A stretch of 64,000 nucleotides of DNA from Acidimicrobiia bacterium (GTDB taxonomy: Bacteria > Actinomycetota > Acidimicrobiia > Acidimicrobiales > SZUA-35), in contig JAOTVU010000002.1 of NCBI GenBank assembly GCA_029863385.1, positions 19 to 64,018 on the forward strand, in the 5' to 3' direction. Each line of letters starts with the position of its first letter. Positions within the stretch are counted from its first letter, which is position 1. The notes below the pieces were generated by a model. It was not told the origin of the DNA, did not search any database, and saw only the letters and a program-made list of their open reading frames with translations. Made by a program: the position numbers and the translations under genes. Of this stretch, positions 1 to 9,219 are shown piece after piece.

Positions 1-414
1 CGTCAGATAGGAGGGCGCGGCCACCAGCAGCGAGACGCCCGACTGGTTGAGCACATACTCCAACTCGTTGACCCGGTAGGCCGGGTTGACCGTGACGAGC
101 ACGGCCCCCATCCGGGCGGTGGCGTACTGGAGTATGGCCCACTCGGCGTAGTTGGGACTCCAGATGCCGACCCGGTCGCCCTTCTCGACCCCGGCCGCCA
201 TCAGCCCCTTGGCCAGCTCGTCGACCGCGGCGGCGAACTCGCGGTAGGTGTAGCGCTGATCCTGTTCCACGGAGACGAGGGCGTCGTTGTCGGGCCAGGT
301 CGCCACCGTGCGGGCCAGGTTGGCCGGGATCGTCTCGTCGAGGAGCGGGACGTCGGTCGGTCCGTGGTCGATCGACAGGGTGGGCGCCGATGAGGACGAG
401 GATGAGGGGCTCAT
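1..414 (-). CDS. AMP-dependent synthetase/ligase (acyl-CoA ligase), N-terminal part; continues beyond the window start
   Basis: Manual reverse translation from ATG at 414..412 gives MSPSSSSSSAPTLSIDHGPTDVPLLDETIPANLARTVATWPDNDALV...YTYREFAAAVDELAKGLMAAGVEKGDRVGIWSPNYAEWAILQYATARMGAVLVTVNPAYRVNELEYVLNQSG. This is a typical N-terminus of the ANL adenylating superfamily. It is absent from the ORF track because it is truncated by the window edge. Confidence 0.75.
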   Translation of the reverse strand, partial: MSPSSSSSSAPTLSIDHGPTDVPLLDETIPANLARTVATWPDNDALVSVEQDQRYTYREFAAAVDELAKGLMAAGVEKGDRVGIWSPNYAEWAILQYATARMGAVLVTVNPAYRVNELEYVLNQSGVSLLVAAPSYLT

Positions 415-416
415 AC

Positions 417-1451
417 TCAGATTGTGGCCGCCGAGCCGAGGATATGCCAGTGCTCCATTCCGGCGAACTCCTCCAGCATGGCGTAGGGGTAGTCCGGCAG
501 CCCGGGTGCCGAGACGGTGGTGAGGCGGGCGATGTCGTCGGCGCTGAGCGTGACGTCGGCCGCGCCGAGATTGTCGTCGAGCTGTTCGAGTGTGCGGGCG
601 CCGAGGAGAACCGAGCTCACCGTCGGTCGGGTCAGCAGCCACGTAATGGCGACCTGACCGGGTGAACAGCCGTGGTCGGATGCAATGGCGGTCACGGCGT
701 CGACGATGGCCCAGGTCCGGTCGGTATTGCGCTTGTCGTAGGCCTCGACACCCCGGTTCGGGTCCTCTCCCAGGCGGGTGGCGCCCTCCGGGCGTTTGTT
801 CCGCCGGTACTTGCCGGTCAGCCAGCCGCCTCCGAGCGGCGACCAGGCCTGGCTGGTGATACCGGTGTCGAGGCAGAAGGGGAGCAGTTCGTGTTCGATC
901 GTGCGGTCGAGCAGGTTGTACTGGAGTTGGATGACCTCGGGTCCGGCCAGGTCGCCCAGGCGGGCCGTGGTGACGATGGTGCCGAACTGGTAGCCGGTCA
1001 GGTTCGACCAGCCGACCCGGCCGATCTTGCCCGCCTCCACCAGCCCGGTCAGCGTCTCGAGTGTCTCCGCCACCGGGGTTTCCTGGTCCCAACCGTGCAC
1101 CAGGTAGAGGTCGATGTGGTCGATCCCGAGCCTGCTGAGGCTGGCGTCGACGGCGGCCTGCAGCGCGGGCCGGGAGGCTCCGGCCAGTCCCTCGGGTGGG
1201 GCGAACCGGCCTTTGGTGGCGATGAGCATGCCGTCGTCACCCCGGTCCGGTCGTCGATCGGCCAGCCATCGGCCGATGATCCGCTCCGACTCGCCGTCGC
1301 CGTAGACGTCCGCGGTGTCGATGTGGGTGCCACCGACCTCTCGGAAACGATCGAGCTGGGCGAAGGCGCCGCCCTCGTCGGTTTCGACGCCGAACGTCAT
1401 CGTGCCGAGAGCGAGCTGGTTGGTCCGTTTCGAGGGCTGGGTCGTGTCCAT
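417..1451 (-). CDS. aldo/keto reductase
   Basis: Track ORF 417..1583. The homologous part starts at the internal ATG 1451 (MDTTQPSKRTNQLALGTMTFG...). AKR hallmarks are present: GGTHIDTADVYGDGESE, LATKG, IDLYLVHGWD, LLGARTLEQLDDNL. Confidence 0.85.
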   Translation of the reverse strand: MDTTQPSKRTNQLALGTMTFGVETDEGGAFAQLDRFREVGGTHIDTADVYGDGESERIIGRWLADRRPDRGDDGMLIATKGRFAPPEGLAGASRPALQAAVDASLSRLGIDHIDLYLVHGWDQETPVAETLETLTGLVEAGKIGRVGWSNLTGYQFGTIVTTARLGDLAGPEVIQLQYNLLDRTIEHELLPFCLDTGITSQAWSPLGGGWLTGKYRRNKRPEGATRLGEDPNRGVEAYDKRNTDRTWAIVDAVTAIASDHGCSPGQVAITWLLTRPTVSSVLLGARTLEQLDDNLGAADVTLSADDIARLTTVSAPGLPDYPYAMLEEFAGMEHWHILGSAATI

Positions 1452-1573
1452 GAGCCCAGTCAACACCCTCGAGCGCCGTTCACGGCAAGGTCGTTCGCCG
1501 TATCCTGTGTGCCATGAGCTCTCGTCACGGTGTGACCGCTTGTTCTGGTGTGCGCAGTGATCGATAGCGATCG

Positions 1574-2917
1574 GTGGGTACACCAGAACCCCGGAGGGTC
1601 CTGGCGGTGACCGTCGGGCTGACCGATCACGAACAGGCGATGCTCGCCGGCGCCCGGGGCGAGGGGGTGGCCCTGGCCATGCGGCTGGTCGTCGGCCTGG
1701 CCGAGGCGATGAGGGCCGAGTCGCTGCTGCCCATCACCGGCGCCCACATCGACAGCTGCCTCTACCACGGGCGATCGAGCCTCGACTTCGCCGATCGGCT
1801 GGTCGGCGGCGGGGCCGAGGTGTTGGTGCCGACAACGTTGAACGTGTCGAGCCTCGACCTGTTGCACCCCGAGCTGTTCCGGGGCGACGATGAGACCCGG
1901 CGCGACGCCAAGAAGCTGATGGACGCGTATGTGGCGATGGGTTGCGAGCCGACGTGGACCTGCGCCCCCTACCAACGGCCCGACGACCGGCGGCCCGGTC
2001 TCGGCGACCACGTGGCCTGGGCCGAGTCGAACGCCATCGTCTTCGCCAACAGCGTGCTCGGCGCCCGCACCCACCGCTACAGCGACTTCATCGACATCGC
2101 CGCCGCCGTGACCGGCCGGGTCCCGGACGCCGGTCTGCACCGGAGCGAGAACCGACGGGCCTCCGTGGTCATCGATGTGAGCAACCTGCCGCCCGACCTG
2201 CTGGCCACCGATGCCGCCTACCCCGTGATCGGTTTCCTGGTCGGCCGGCTGTGCGGTTCGTCGATCCCGGCGATCGTCGGTCTGCCCGCCACCGTCGTCG
2301 AATACAACCTCAAGGCGCTGGGCGCGGCGGCCGCCTCGTCGGGCAGCCTGGCCATGTTCCACGCCGTTGGCATCACACCCGAGGCCCCGACCTTGGAAGC
2401 CGCTTGTGGTGGTGCCGTGCCGCCACCCGACGACGAGCGTCGCTACCGGGTGACCGCAGCGGACTGCCGCCGGGCTCGAGACGAGCTGAGCGTTTCGCTC
2501 GGCGGGGAGTCGAGCCCGCTGCTGTCCACGGTCAGCCTCGGCACCCCTCACTACTCGGTGGCGGAGATCAGGGTGCTGGCCGGGTTGCTGGCGGGGCGGA
2601 CCGTGCATCCGTCGGTCGATCTCTATGTGTCGACCGGGCGGGAGGTGCTGACCGAAGCGGGGTTGAGAGGCTGGGTCGAACCGCTGGTCGCCGCCGGCGT
2701 CACGTTCGTCACCGACACCTGCACCTACATAACGCCCATCGTCCGCAACACCGGCGGCCTGGCCATGACCGACTCGGCCAAGTGGGCCTACTACGCCCCG
2801 GGCAACATCGGGGTCGATGTGGTTTTCGGTAGCGTTGGCGAGTGCGTCGAGTCGGCCGTGGCCGGGCGACTCGTCCGCAACGAAGCGCTCTGGTCGGGAA
2901 GCGACGGGCCCGGATGA
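1574..2917 (+). CDS. aconitase X (AcnX) catalytic/large subunit, DUF521 family
   Basis: 447-aa ORF with a GTG start. LTDHEQAMLAGARGEG...ITGAHIDSCLYHG...WAESNAIVFANSVLGART...TDTCTY resembles DUF521/AcnX. The exact start is uncertain. Confidence 0.8.
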   Translation: MGTPEPRRVLAVTVGLTDHEQAMLAGARGEGVALAMRLVVGLAEAMRAESLLPITGAHIDSCLYHGRSSLDFADRLVGGGAEVLVPTTLNVSSLDLLHPELFRGDDETRRDAKKLMDAYVAMGCEPTWTCAPYQRPDDRRPGLGDHVAWAESNAIVFANSVLGARTHRYSDFIDIAAAVTGRVPDAGLHRSENRRASVVIDVSNLPPDLLATDAAYPVIGFLVGRLCGSSIPAIVGLPATVVEYNLKALGAAAASSGSLAMFHAVGITPEAPTLEAACGGAVPPPDDERRYRVTAADCRRARDELSVSLGGESSPLLSTVSLGTPHYSVAEIRVLAGLLAGRTVHPSVDLYVSTGREVLTEAGLRGWVEPLVAAGVTFVTDTCTYITPIVRNTGGLAMTDSAKWAYYAPGNIGVDVVFGSVGECVESAVAGRLVRNEALWSGSDGPG

Positions 2918-3342
2918 ACACGCATGTCACGGTGACACCGGTGGCGGGCGGTTCGGCCGATGGGCCCGCTCTGGTGTTCGACGAGCCGGTCAGTCTGTGG
3001 GGCGGCGTCGATCCGACCACGGCGACCGTCGTCGATCGGCTCCACCCCCAGCGCGGCGTCTCGCTGACCGGGGCGGTGGTGTTCATGCCATCCGGCCGCG
3101 GCTCGAGTTCGGCCTCGTCGATCCTCGTCGAGATGGTGCGGTTGGGAACAGCGCCCGCCGCCTTCGTGCTGCGCAGCCCGGACGAGATGCTCACCATCGG
3201 CTCGCTCGTGGCCGATGAACTCTACGGTCGGGTTGTGCCGATCGTGGTCCTCGACGACATCGGTGAGGCCGACGGGTTCGAGGTGCGGACCGGTGATTCG
3301 ATCCGGATCGACGGCGCTACTCTCCACGTCGAGCGTCGGTAG
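2914..3342 (+). CDS. aconitase X swivel-domain small subunit, DUF126 family
   Basis: ATG at 2914 overlaps the upstream stop (ATGA). MNTHVTVTPVAGGSADGPALVFDEPVSLWGGVDPTTATV...SGRGSSSASSILVEMVRLGTAPAAFV resembles DUF126. Confidence 0.8.
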   Translation: MNTHVTVTPVAGGSADGPALVFDEPVSLWGGVDPTTATVVDRLHPQRGVSLTGAVVFMPSGRGSSSASSILVEMVRLGTAPAAFVLRSPDEMLTIGSLVADELYGRVVPIVVLDDIGEADGFEVRTGDSIRIDGATLHVERR

Positions 3343-3356
3343 GGTCGATCGGGCCG

Positions 3357-3821
3357 ATGGCGAACCGCTCCCACCCCGAACCCAAGACCTGTTCCACCTG
3401 CGGCCGGACGATCGAGTGGCGGCGCAAGTGGGCGGACGACTGGGACCAGGTCCGCTACTGCAGTCAACGCTGCCGACGCTCCCGACCGGGGCCTGTCGAC
3501 CGGGCACTCGAGGCGGCCATCGTCGAGCTGCTGGCCGCCCGGCCCGCCTCGTCGACCGTCTGCCCCTCGGAGGCGGCCCGCCGGGTGGCCACCGCCGGTG
3601 ATGATGGGGCCGACGATGCTGATCGACACGGCAACGACGAGGGCTGGCGGGACGTGATGGAACCGGCCCGGGCGGCCGCCCGCCGCCTCGTGGCCGACGG
3701 CCAGGTGGTCATCAAGCAGCGGGGCCGGATGGTGGACCCTTCGACGGCCAAGGGCCCGATCCGCCTCGCCCCGGGGCCCGGCCTGGGACGACCGACCGAC
3801 CCGATACCGTCGGGGCAATGA
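3357..3821 (+). CDS. DUF2256 zinc-ribbon / DUF3253 fusion protein
   Basis: KTCSTCGRTIEWRRKWADDWDQVRYCSQRCR is the DUF2256 signature. VCPSEAARRVA...WRDVMEPARAAARRLVADGQVVIKQRGRMVDPSTAKGPIRL resembles DUF3253. Confidence 0.65.
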   Translation: MANRSHPEPKTCSTCGRTIEWRRKWADDWDQVRYCSQRCRRSRPGPVDRALEAAIVELLAARPASSTVCPSEAARRVATAGDDGADDADRHGNDEGWRDVMEPARAAARRLVADGQVVIKQRGRMVDPSTAKGPIRLAPGPGLGRPTDPIPSGQ

Positions 3822-4636
3822 GTGAATCCAGCCATACTGCGCCGGCAAGTCGTGCCGGGTCCGAGGCGCCCCGGGCAATCGTGACGGGTGCCTCGAGTGG
3901 GATCGGGGCCGCCGTCGCCGCCCGCCTTGCGATCGACGGCTACGAGGTGCACGCCGTGGCCCGCCGGGCCGAGCGGCTCGACGAACTCGCGGTCGATGCC
4001 GAGAGGTTCGGCGACGGCCCCGGGTCGATCGTGCCTCACGTGCTCGACGTGAGCGACTCGGCCGCTCTGCTGTCGCTCGTGGAGCACATAGAGGATCGCC
4101 ACGGTGCCGTCGACGTCCTGGTCAACAATGCCGGGCTCGGACTCACCCGCACACTGGCCGAGGCGTCCATCGACGACATAACCCGCCTCACCGACACCAA
4201 CGTCACCTCGCTCCTGGTGGCCACGAGGGCGGTGCTCCCGGCGATGATCGAGCGCCACCGGGGCCACGTCGTCAACATCGGGTCGATGGCCGGCCTCTAC
4301 CCGGTGTCGGCGGCCATCTACGGTGCGACCAAGGCCGCGGTCAACCGTCTGTCGACCAACCTGCGGCTCGAGCTCCGAGGCACCGGTGTCCGGGTCACCG
4401 AGATCAACCCCGGGCGGGTGACCACCGAGTTCTACGATGCGGCGGTCGGCGACCCGGAGGCGAGGGCCAGGGCCAAGGACTCCGGCGTCGAGGAGGTCAC
4501 CGCCGATGACGTGGCCGACGCCATCGCCTATGCCATCTCCGTCCCTCGCCACGTCAACATCAACCGCATCGAACTCCAGCCGACCGAGCAGACCTACGGC
4601 GGCGCCCAGTTCGATCGTGTGGAGGGCTGGTCGTGA
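3818..4636 (+). CDS. SDR family oxidoreductase
   Basis: TGASSGIG cofactor motif, NNAG, and a YxxxK region (IYGATKAA). ATGA overlap with the upstream gene. Confidence 0.85.
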   Translation: MSESSHTAPASRAGSEAPRAIVTGASSGIGAAVAARLAIDGYEVHAVARRAERLDELAVDAERFGDGPGSIVPHVLDVSDSAALLSLVEHIEDRHGAVDVLVNNAGLGLTRTLAEASIDDITRLTDTNVTSLLVATRAVLPAMIERHRGHVVNIGSMAGLYPVSAAIYGATKAAVNRLSTNLRLELRGTGVRVTEINPGRVTTEFYDAAVGDPEARARAKDSGVEEVTADDVADAIAYAISVPRHVNINRIELQPTEQTYGGAQFDRVEGWS

Positions 4637-5403
4637 CCGCAGTGCCGAGCGGTTCGTTCGGCAGCCGGGTCGTGGCCGTGACCGGGGCGGCGTCGGGTAT
4701 GGGCGCAGCCACCGTTCGGGAGTTCGCCCGCCTGGGGGCGACTCTGGTGCTGATCGACGTCAACGGCCCCGGCGCCGAGGCGGTGGCCCGCGACCTCGAT
4801 GGTCCGATGATGGTGATCGCCGGAGACGTCAGCGATTCGTCGTTCTGCACCGCCGCCGTCGACGGGATCGTCGAGCGCTTCGGTCGGATCGACGTGCTCG
4901 TCAACGCCGCCGGTACCATCCACCGGGCCGATGCGCTCGGCACCGGCGACGCCGACTGGCGACGGGTCATGAGCGTCAACGTCGACGGCATGTTCTACCT
5001 CTGCCGGGCCGCGCTGCGGCACATGACCGCCGCCGGGTCCGGCGTGATCGTCAACTTCGGCTCGATCTGGGGTGGCGTCGCTTCCGCCGGTGCCACCGCC
5101 TACTGCGTGTCGAAGGGGGCGGTCCACCAGCTGACCCGAGCACTGGCCCTCGACCACGTCGGCCACGGAATCCGGGTCAACGCCGTTGCCCCTGGCGAGG
5201 TGAACACGCCGATGCTGTCGTCCCAGCGGAAGCGTCCGCCCTCGGCTGCCGATCTGCAGGCCCTGGCCGACGCCACCATCCCGATGAAGCGGCTGGCCGA
5301 GCCGGAGGAGATCGCCCGGGTGGTGGTGTTCCTCGCCTCCGACGATGCCAGCTACATGACCGGCGAGATCGTCCACGTCGACGCCGGCTATACGGCTCGG
5401 TGA
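4633..5403 (+). CDS. SDR family oxidoreductase
   Basis: VTGAASGMG, NAAG, YCVSKGAV (YxxxK), PGEVNTPM. GTGA overlap with the upstream SDR. Confidence 0.85.
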   Translation: MTAVPSGSFGSRVVAVTGAASGMGAATVREFARLGATLVLIDVNGPGAEAVARDLDGPMMVIAGDVSDSSFCTAAVDGIVERFGRIDVLVNAAGTIHRADALGTGDADWRRVMSVNVDGMFYLCRAALRHMTAAGSGVIVNFGSIWGGVASAGATAYCVSKGAVHQLTRALALDHVGHGIRVNAVAPGEVNTPMLSSQRKRPPSAADLQALADATIPMKRLAEPEEIARVVVFLASDDASYMTGEIVHVDAGYTAR

Positions 5404-5404
5404 G

Positions 5405-6304
5405 ATGAACCGTTTTGGCTGGCTCGTGACTGTCGTCCTGACGATCGCGCTGGTCGGGTGCGGTGTCGCAGGGGACGACGAAGTCGCAAGGTCGACTCCC
5501 GACGCGACCGCGTCGCAGCCGACCTCCACTGCGACAGCGCCGGCCGCAGCCCCGGCTCCCCCTGCGTCCACGAGCCAGGAGCCGCCGACGGTCACCACGC
5601 CCCGGCCGAACTGGCTCGGGTTGCGCACCCTGCCGACCGACGGCGACGGTTTCGGTGTGGCCGACGAGACACCGGCCGAACTGGCCGACCGTCGGTTCGC
5701 CACCGTCGACACCCTGCCTCCACCGCCCGACGGCCGGTTCCACGCCACCGTCCAGACGTTGTCCGCCGTGCCCGAGGCGCTGGCCCGGTCGACCTGGGTC
5801 GAAGGTTGTCCCGTCCCGCCCGAGGAGCTGGCCTACGTCACCGTGTCGTTCCTCGGCTTCGACGGCCTCAACCACACGGGCGAGATCATCGTCGCCTCGT
5901 CCGTGGCCGACGACATCGTTTCGGTGTTCGAGACGCTGCATGCCGAACGGTTCCCGATCGAGGAGATGCGCATCGTCACGCAGGCCGATCTCGACGCCCC
6001 ACCCACCGGCGACACCAACAACACCACGGCGTTCGTCTGCCGGCCGGTCACCGGCGGAACCGCCTTCTCCGAACACGCCAAGGGTCTCGCCGTCGACGTC
6101 AACCCGTTCCTCAATCCCTACGTGAAGGGCGAACGGGTGCTGCCCGAGTTGGCCCTCGTCAACACCGACCGCGCACTCGAGCGGCCCGGGATGATCGAAC
6201 CGGGCGTCGTCGTCGTCGAAGCATTCGCCGACATCGGCTGGGCTTGGGGCGGTGACTGGACGAGCCTCAAGGACTACCAGCACTTCTCCGCCACCGGCGG
6301 CTGA
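5405..6304 (+). CDS. M15-family (VanY / D-Ala-D-Ala peptidase-like) metallopeptidase, predicted lipoprotein
   Basis: Signal plus lipobox-like LVGCG, then a Pro/Thr/Ala linker. The C-terminal part (SEHAKGLAVDVNP...GWAWGGDWTSLKDYQHF) resembles the Hedgehog/DD-peptidase zinc fold. Confidence 0.7.
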   Translation: MNRFGWLVTVVLTIALVGCGVAGDDEVARSTPDATASQPTSTATAPAAAPAPPASTSQEPPTVTTPRPNWLGLRTLPTDGDGFGVADETPAELADRRFATVDTLPPPPDGRFHATVQTLSAVPEALARSTWVEGCPVPPEELAYVTVSFLGFDGLNHTGEIIVASSVADDIVSVFETLHAERFPIEEMRIVTQADLDAPPTGDTNNTTAFVCRPVTGGTAFSEHAKGLAVDVNPFLNPYVKGERVLPELALVNTDRALERPGMIEPGVVVVEAFADIGWAWGGDWTSLKDYQHFSATGG

Positions 6305-6347
6305 CCCGGCACTCCGCTGAAAAAGTCGGTGAGGATCCGGCCGGAGA

Positions 6348-7382
6348 TCAGCGCTGGCGGAGGACGCCGAGGCCTCGCCGAAGGATCCGCCGGCGACCAC
6401 GTCGAGCCAGTTGCGCTTCACGGGCCACGATCATCAGGCCGGCGCCGACGATCAGCACCAGACCGATCCAGGTCGCCATGTCGGGCAGGGCACCGAAGAA
6501 CACCCACCCCCAAAGCACCGCCCACGGCAGGTACGTGTACTCGAAGGGCGTGACGAGGCTGGCCTCGGCCAGCCGGTAGGCCTGACTGAGCGCGAAGAAC
6601 CCGATTCCGGAGATCAGCCCGATGCCGATGAGCGGGAGCCAGTCTTCGTTCCCGGGCCACATCCAGTCCCGAAACAGGAACGCGACGCTGGGATGGGCCG
6701 ACGACGACTCGATCTGGGAGAACACCAGACCGAGGACCAACCCGGCGACGATGTAGAACAGGACGGCGACCAGCGTCATCGACCCGCCGTTGGAATGGGG
6801 CCCGAGTTTGCGGGTGAGGATGATCGAGGTGGCGTAGCTGATGGCGGCCAGCAGGGCCAGCACCATCGCCGGCTCGAACACGGCGGAACCAGGTCGAACG
6901 ATGATCAACACGCCGGCCAGGCCGATCGACACCGCAAGCCACCGGGGCCAGCCGATCTTCTCGCCCAGGAAGAACGGGGCGAAGATGGTCACGAAGATCG
7001 GGGTGGAGAAGGTGATGGCCGAGGTCTGGGCCAGGCCGATGGTGGCCAGAGCCATGTAGTAGACGAGGTAGCTGGTGAAGGCCGCTGCCGCCCGGCCCAG
7101 TTGCAGACCGATCGGTCCGATGCGTAGCTGCGACGAGCGGTTCTCCCATCGGACCGCAAGCGCGACGATCGGCAGGGCGAACACACCACGCATCACCACG
7201 ATCTGATGGACGGCGTAGGCATCGCTCAGGCTCTTGATGATCACGTCCTGAATCGGGAACAGCGTGGTCGCCAGCACCAGGAAGGCGATACCTGCCGCCG
7301 GGCGCGAGTGATGGTCGACCGACACCGGTTCCGGGCCGTCGGGCGAGGACAATCGAGTTCCGTCGTGGTGTGTGACGGACAT
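6348..7382 (-). CDS. DMT (EamA-like) family transporter
   Basis: 344 aa with about 10 hydrophobic segments arranged as two EamA-like repeats. Confidence 0.8.
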   Translation of the reverse strand: MSVTHHDGTRLSSPDGPEPVSVDHHSRPAAGIAFLVLATTLFPIQDVIIKSLSDAYAVHQIVVMRGVFALPIVALAVRWENRSSQLRIGPIGLQLGRAAAAFTSYLVYYMALATIGLAQTSAITFSTPIFVTIFAPFFLGEKIGWPRWLAVSIGLAGVLIIVRPGSAVFEPAMVLALLAAISYATSIILTRKLGPHSNGGSMTLVAVLFYIVAGLVLGLVFSQIESSSAHPSVAFLFRDWMWPGNEDWLPLIGIGLISGIGFFALSQAYRLAEASLVTPFEYTYLPWAVLWGWVFFGALPDMATWIGLVLIVGAGLMIVAREAQLARRGRRRILRRGLGVLRQR

Positions 7383-7475
7383 GAGGCGACCTCGATGATG
7401 TGAAGGGATCTCGGCGAAGGAACAGGTCCCCGATCGGGAACCCGGAAAGCAGTTGGCCGATCCGGTCAGGCGATG

Positions 7476-9104
7476 CTACAGCAGCTTACGTACGGTGTCG
7501 ATGGTGTCGGCGTCGTCTGCCGACTTATCGCTGCGGTAGCTCTTGACCCGGGCGAACCGGAGGGCGACACCGCCGGGATAGCGGGTGCTGCGCTGGGCTC
7601 CGTCGAGCGCGATCTCGACCACCATGTCGGGACGGATCATCACCGTATGCCGCCCCGGTTGCTCGCTCTCGCTGAGCTTGCGGGCCAGGAACTGTTCGGT
7701 TTGCCAGGCGAGCAACTCATCGGTCAATCCTTTGAACGTCTTGCCCACCATGACGAAGTCGCCGGTGTCGCCGTCACGTGCGCCGAGGTGCAGGTTCGAC
7801 AGCCGGCCTCGCCGTCGACCGTGCCCCCACTCGGCACCGAGCACCACGAGATCGAGGGTGTGAACCGGCTTGACCTTGCGCCACGACTTGCCTCGTCGTC
7901 CCGCCTCGTAGAGGCCGTCGGCGGCTTTGACCATGACCCCCTCGTGACCGGCGTCGAGCGCCGCATCGAGATGGGCCTGGGCGGCATCGGGGTCGCTGGT
8001 GAACACCTGGGGGATGAGCACATCGGACAGACCACTGGCCTCGGCCAGGTCCCGCAGCGCGGCCGAGCGTTCGCTCAACGGTCGATCGATCAGGCTCTCG
8101 CCGTCGAGATACATCAGATCGAAGAAGTAGGGCTGCAGCCCGCCACCGCCCCCGGAGCCCTCGCTGTCGTCCCCGCCCCTGGTGGCGAACACGCTGATCG
8201 TGTCCTGGAACCGGCCGGGCGACTCGTCGTCGCCGAAGAAGCCGAGCACCTCACCGTCGAGCACCGCCGAGTCGCAGGCCAGCTGCTCGACGACCGCCTG
8301 CACGACGCCCAACCGGTCGGTCACGCGGTTGAGGTTGCGGGTGTAGATCGAGACGGAGCGATCGCGGTTCGAGCCGCCCCCATGTCGACTGACGTGAACC
8401 TGGATGCGGGCGCCGTCGAACTTCCATTCAACCGCCGCCGCCTCCGGCCCCGTGGCGTCCAACGCCTCGGCCACATCGGCCGCGGTCGAGGCCAGCATCG
8501 GTTGGATCGGCCGCTGGACCTCGAGGTCGATGGCGTCCAATCCGTCGGCTCCGTCGACGATGGCGACGCGGATCGCCTCACCGAGGTCGCCCTGCAGCAT
8601 CGCCCCCCGACGCATCGCGGCCGCCTTGACCCCCGCCGCTTTGGCCCCCGCTTCGGTTACGACCCCGGCCAGCGCCCCCTGGCGGGCCTCGCCGATCAGG
8701 ACCCGCTTGACGAACTCCACCTCGTCGTCCTCGCACCCGGCTAAGAAACGGGTCAGCAGCTCCGACCGAGCACCGACCGAGCCGGATCCGGTGGTCGCCA
8801 GGATCTCCGACAGCAGGGCGTCGAGACCGAGCACCGTCGGCGGATAGGGGGACTCACCGCCGGTCGATCCGTCGTCGAGTCCGGCCTCGCCAATCTCGCC
8901 GAGCCCGGCGACGGTGGCCCAGCCGACGCCGATCGCGCCCTGCCGGGGTTTGGCCATGAGAAACCCGACTGCCGCCTCGATCTCCTCGGGTGCCAGGCGA
9001 CGGAGCAGGTCGGCGAGAAGCTCGGTCTTGGCCTTCCGGCTCGACGTGCGTCGAACGGCGTCGGTCGTGGTCGCCAAGTCCTGCAGTCGGGTCACCCACA
9101 CCAT
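7476..9104 (-). CDS. ATP-dependent DNA ligase (LigB-like, stand-alone)
   Basis: Adenylation motif EWKFDGARIQVH (KxDG), plus EGVMVK and WRKVKP. The likely start is the internal ATG at 9104 (MVWVTRLQDLATTTDAV), since the upstream extension is not ligase-like. No Ku or LigD polymerase/nuclease domains are adjacent. Confidence 0.85.
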   Translation of the reverse strand: MVWVTRLQDLATTTDAVRRTSSRKAKTELLADLLRRLAPEEIEAAVGFLMAKPRQGAIGVGWATVAGLGEIGEAGLDDGSTGGESPYPPTVLGLDALLSEILATTGSGSVGARSELLTRFLAGCEDDEVEFVKRVLIGEARQGALAGVVTEAGAKAAGVKAAAMRRGAMLQGDLGEAIRVAIVDGADGLDAIDLEVQRPIQPMLASTAADVAEALDATGPEAAAVEWKFDGARIQVHVSRHGGGSNRDRSVSIYTRNLNRVTDRLGVVQAVVEQLACDSAVLDGEVLGFFGDDESPGRFQDTISVFATRGGDDSEGSGGGGGLQPYFFDLMYLDGESLIDRPLSERSAALRDLAEASGLSDVLIPQVFTSDPDAAQAHLDAALDAGHEGVMVKAADGLYEAGRRGKSWRKVKPVHTLDLVVLGAEWGHGRRRGRLSNLHLGARDGDTGDFVMVGKTFKGLTDELLAWQTEQFLARKLSESEQPGRHTVMIRPDMVVEIALDGAQRSTRYPGGVALRFARVKSYRSDKSADDADTIDTVRKLL

Positions 9105-9115
9105 CGTATTGGCGC

Positions 9116-9146
9116 CCGGTTGGGTACGTCCGACACACCGGTTGGG
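9116..9146. promoter_or_regulatory. direct repeat CCGGTTGGG-N13-CCGGTTGGG in the divergent ligase / CDC-like promoter region
   Basis: Exact 9-mers at 9116..9124 and 9138..9146, with a 22-bp period, inside a 115-bp intergenic region. Confidence 0.3.
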
Positions 9147-9219
9147 AGTGCCTACACCCCCAACGAAGACACCAACAGGCACCATTCGGACGCGGCGCCG
9201 GATCGTTCAGAGTTGTGAC

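Noticed and set aside
1460-2608. Long antisense or out-of-frame ORFs throughout the track (for example 1460..2608-, 7473..8744+, 15489..17276+, 27016..28320-, 34171..35499-, 36303..37955-, 40564..42060-, 54134..55198-, 58498..60630-).
   Set aside because: They overlap genes with clear family motifs. Their translations are Arg/Gly/Pro/Ala-rich and low in complexity, without recognisable motifs. Such shadow ORFs are expected in high-GC DNA.
7476-9104. NHEJ locus (LigD/Ku) around the ATP-dependent ligase.
   Set aside because: The protein has only the ligase core with a DNA-binding N-domain, of LigB-like length. No Ku gene, polymerase domain or phosphoesterase domain is adjacent.
8914-9219. N-terminal extensions of track ORFs (8914..9219, 33289..33729, 36060..36335, 38827..39102, 39530..39652, 50714..51571, 52813..53283, 17614..17964, 17016..17117).
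   Set aside because: The extensions overlap the neighbouring genes. They lack homology-like sequence, and internal starts with SD-like sequences, signal peptides or stop/start overlaps fit better.
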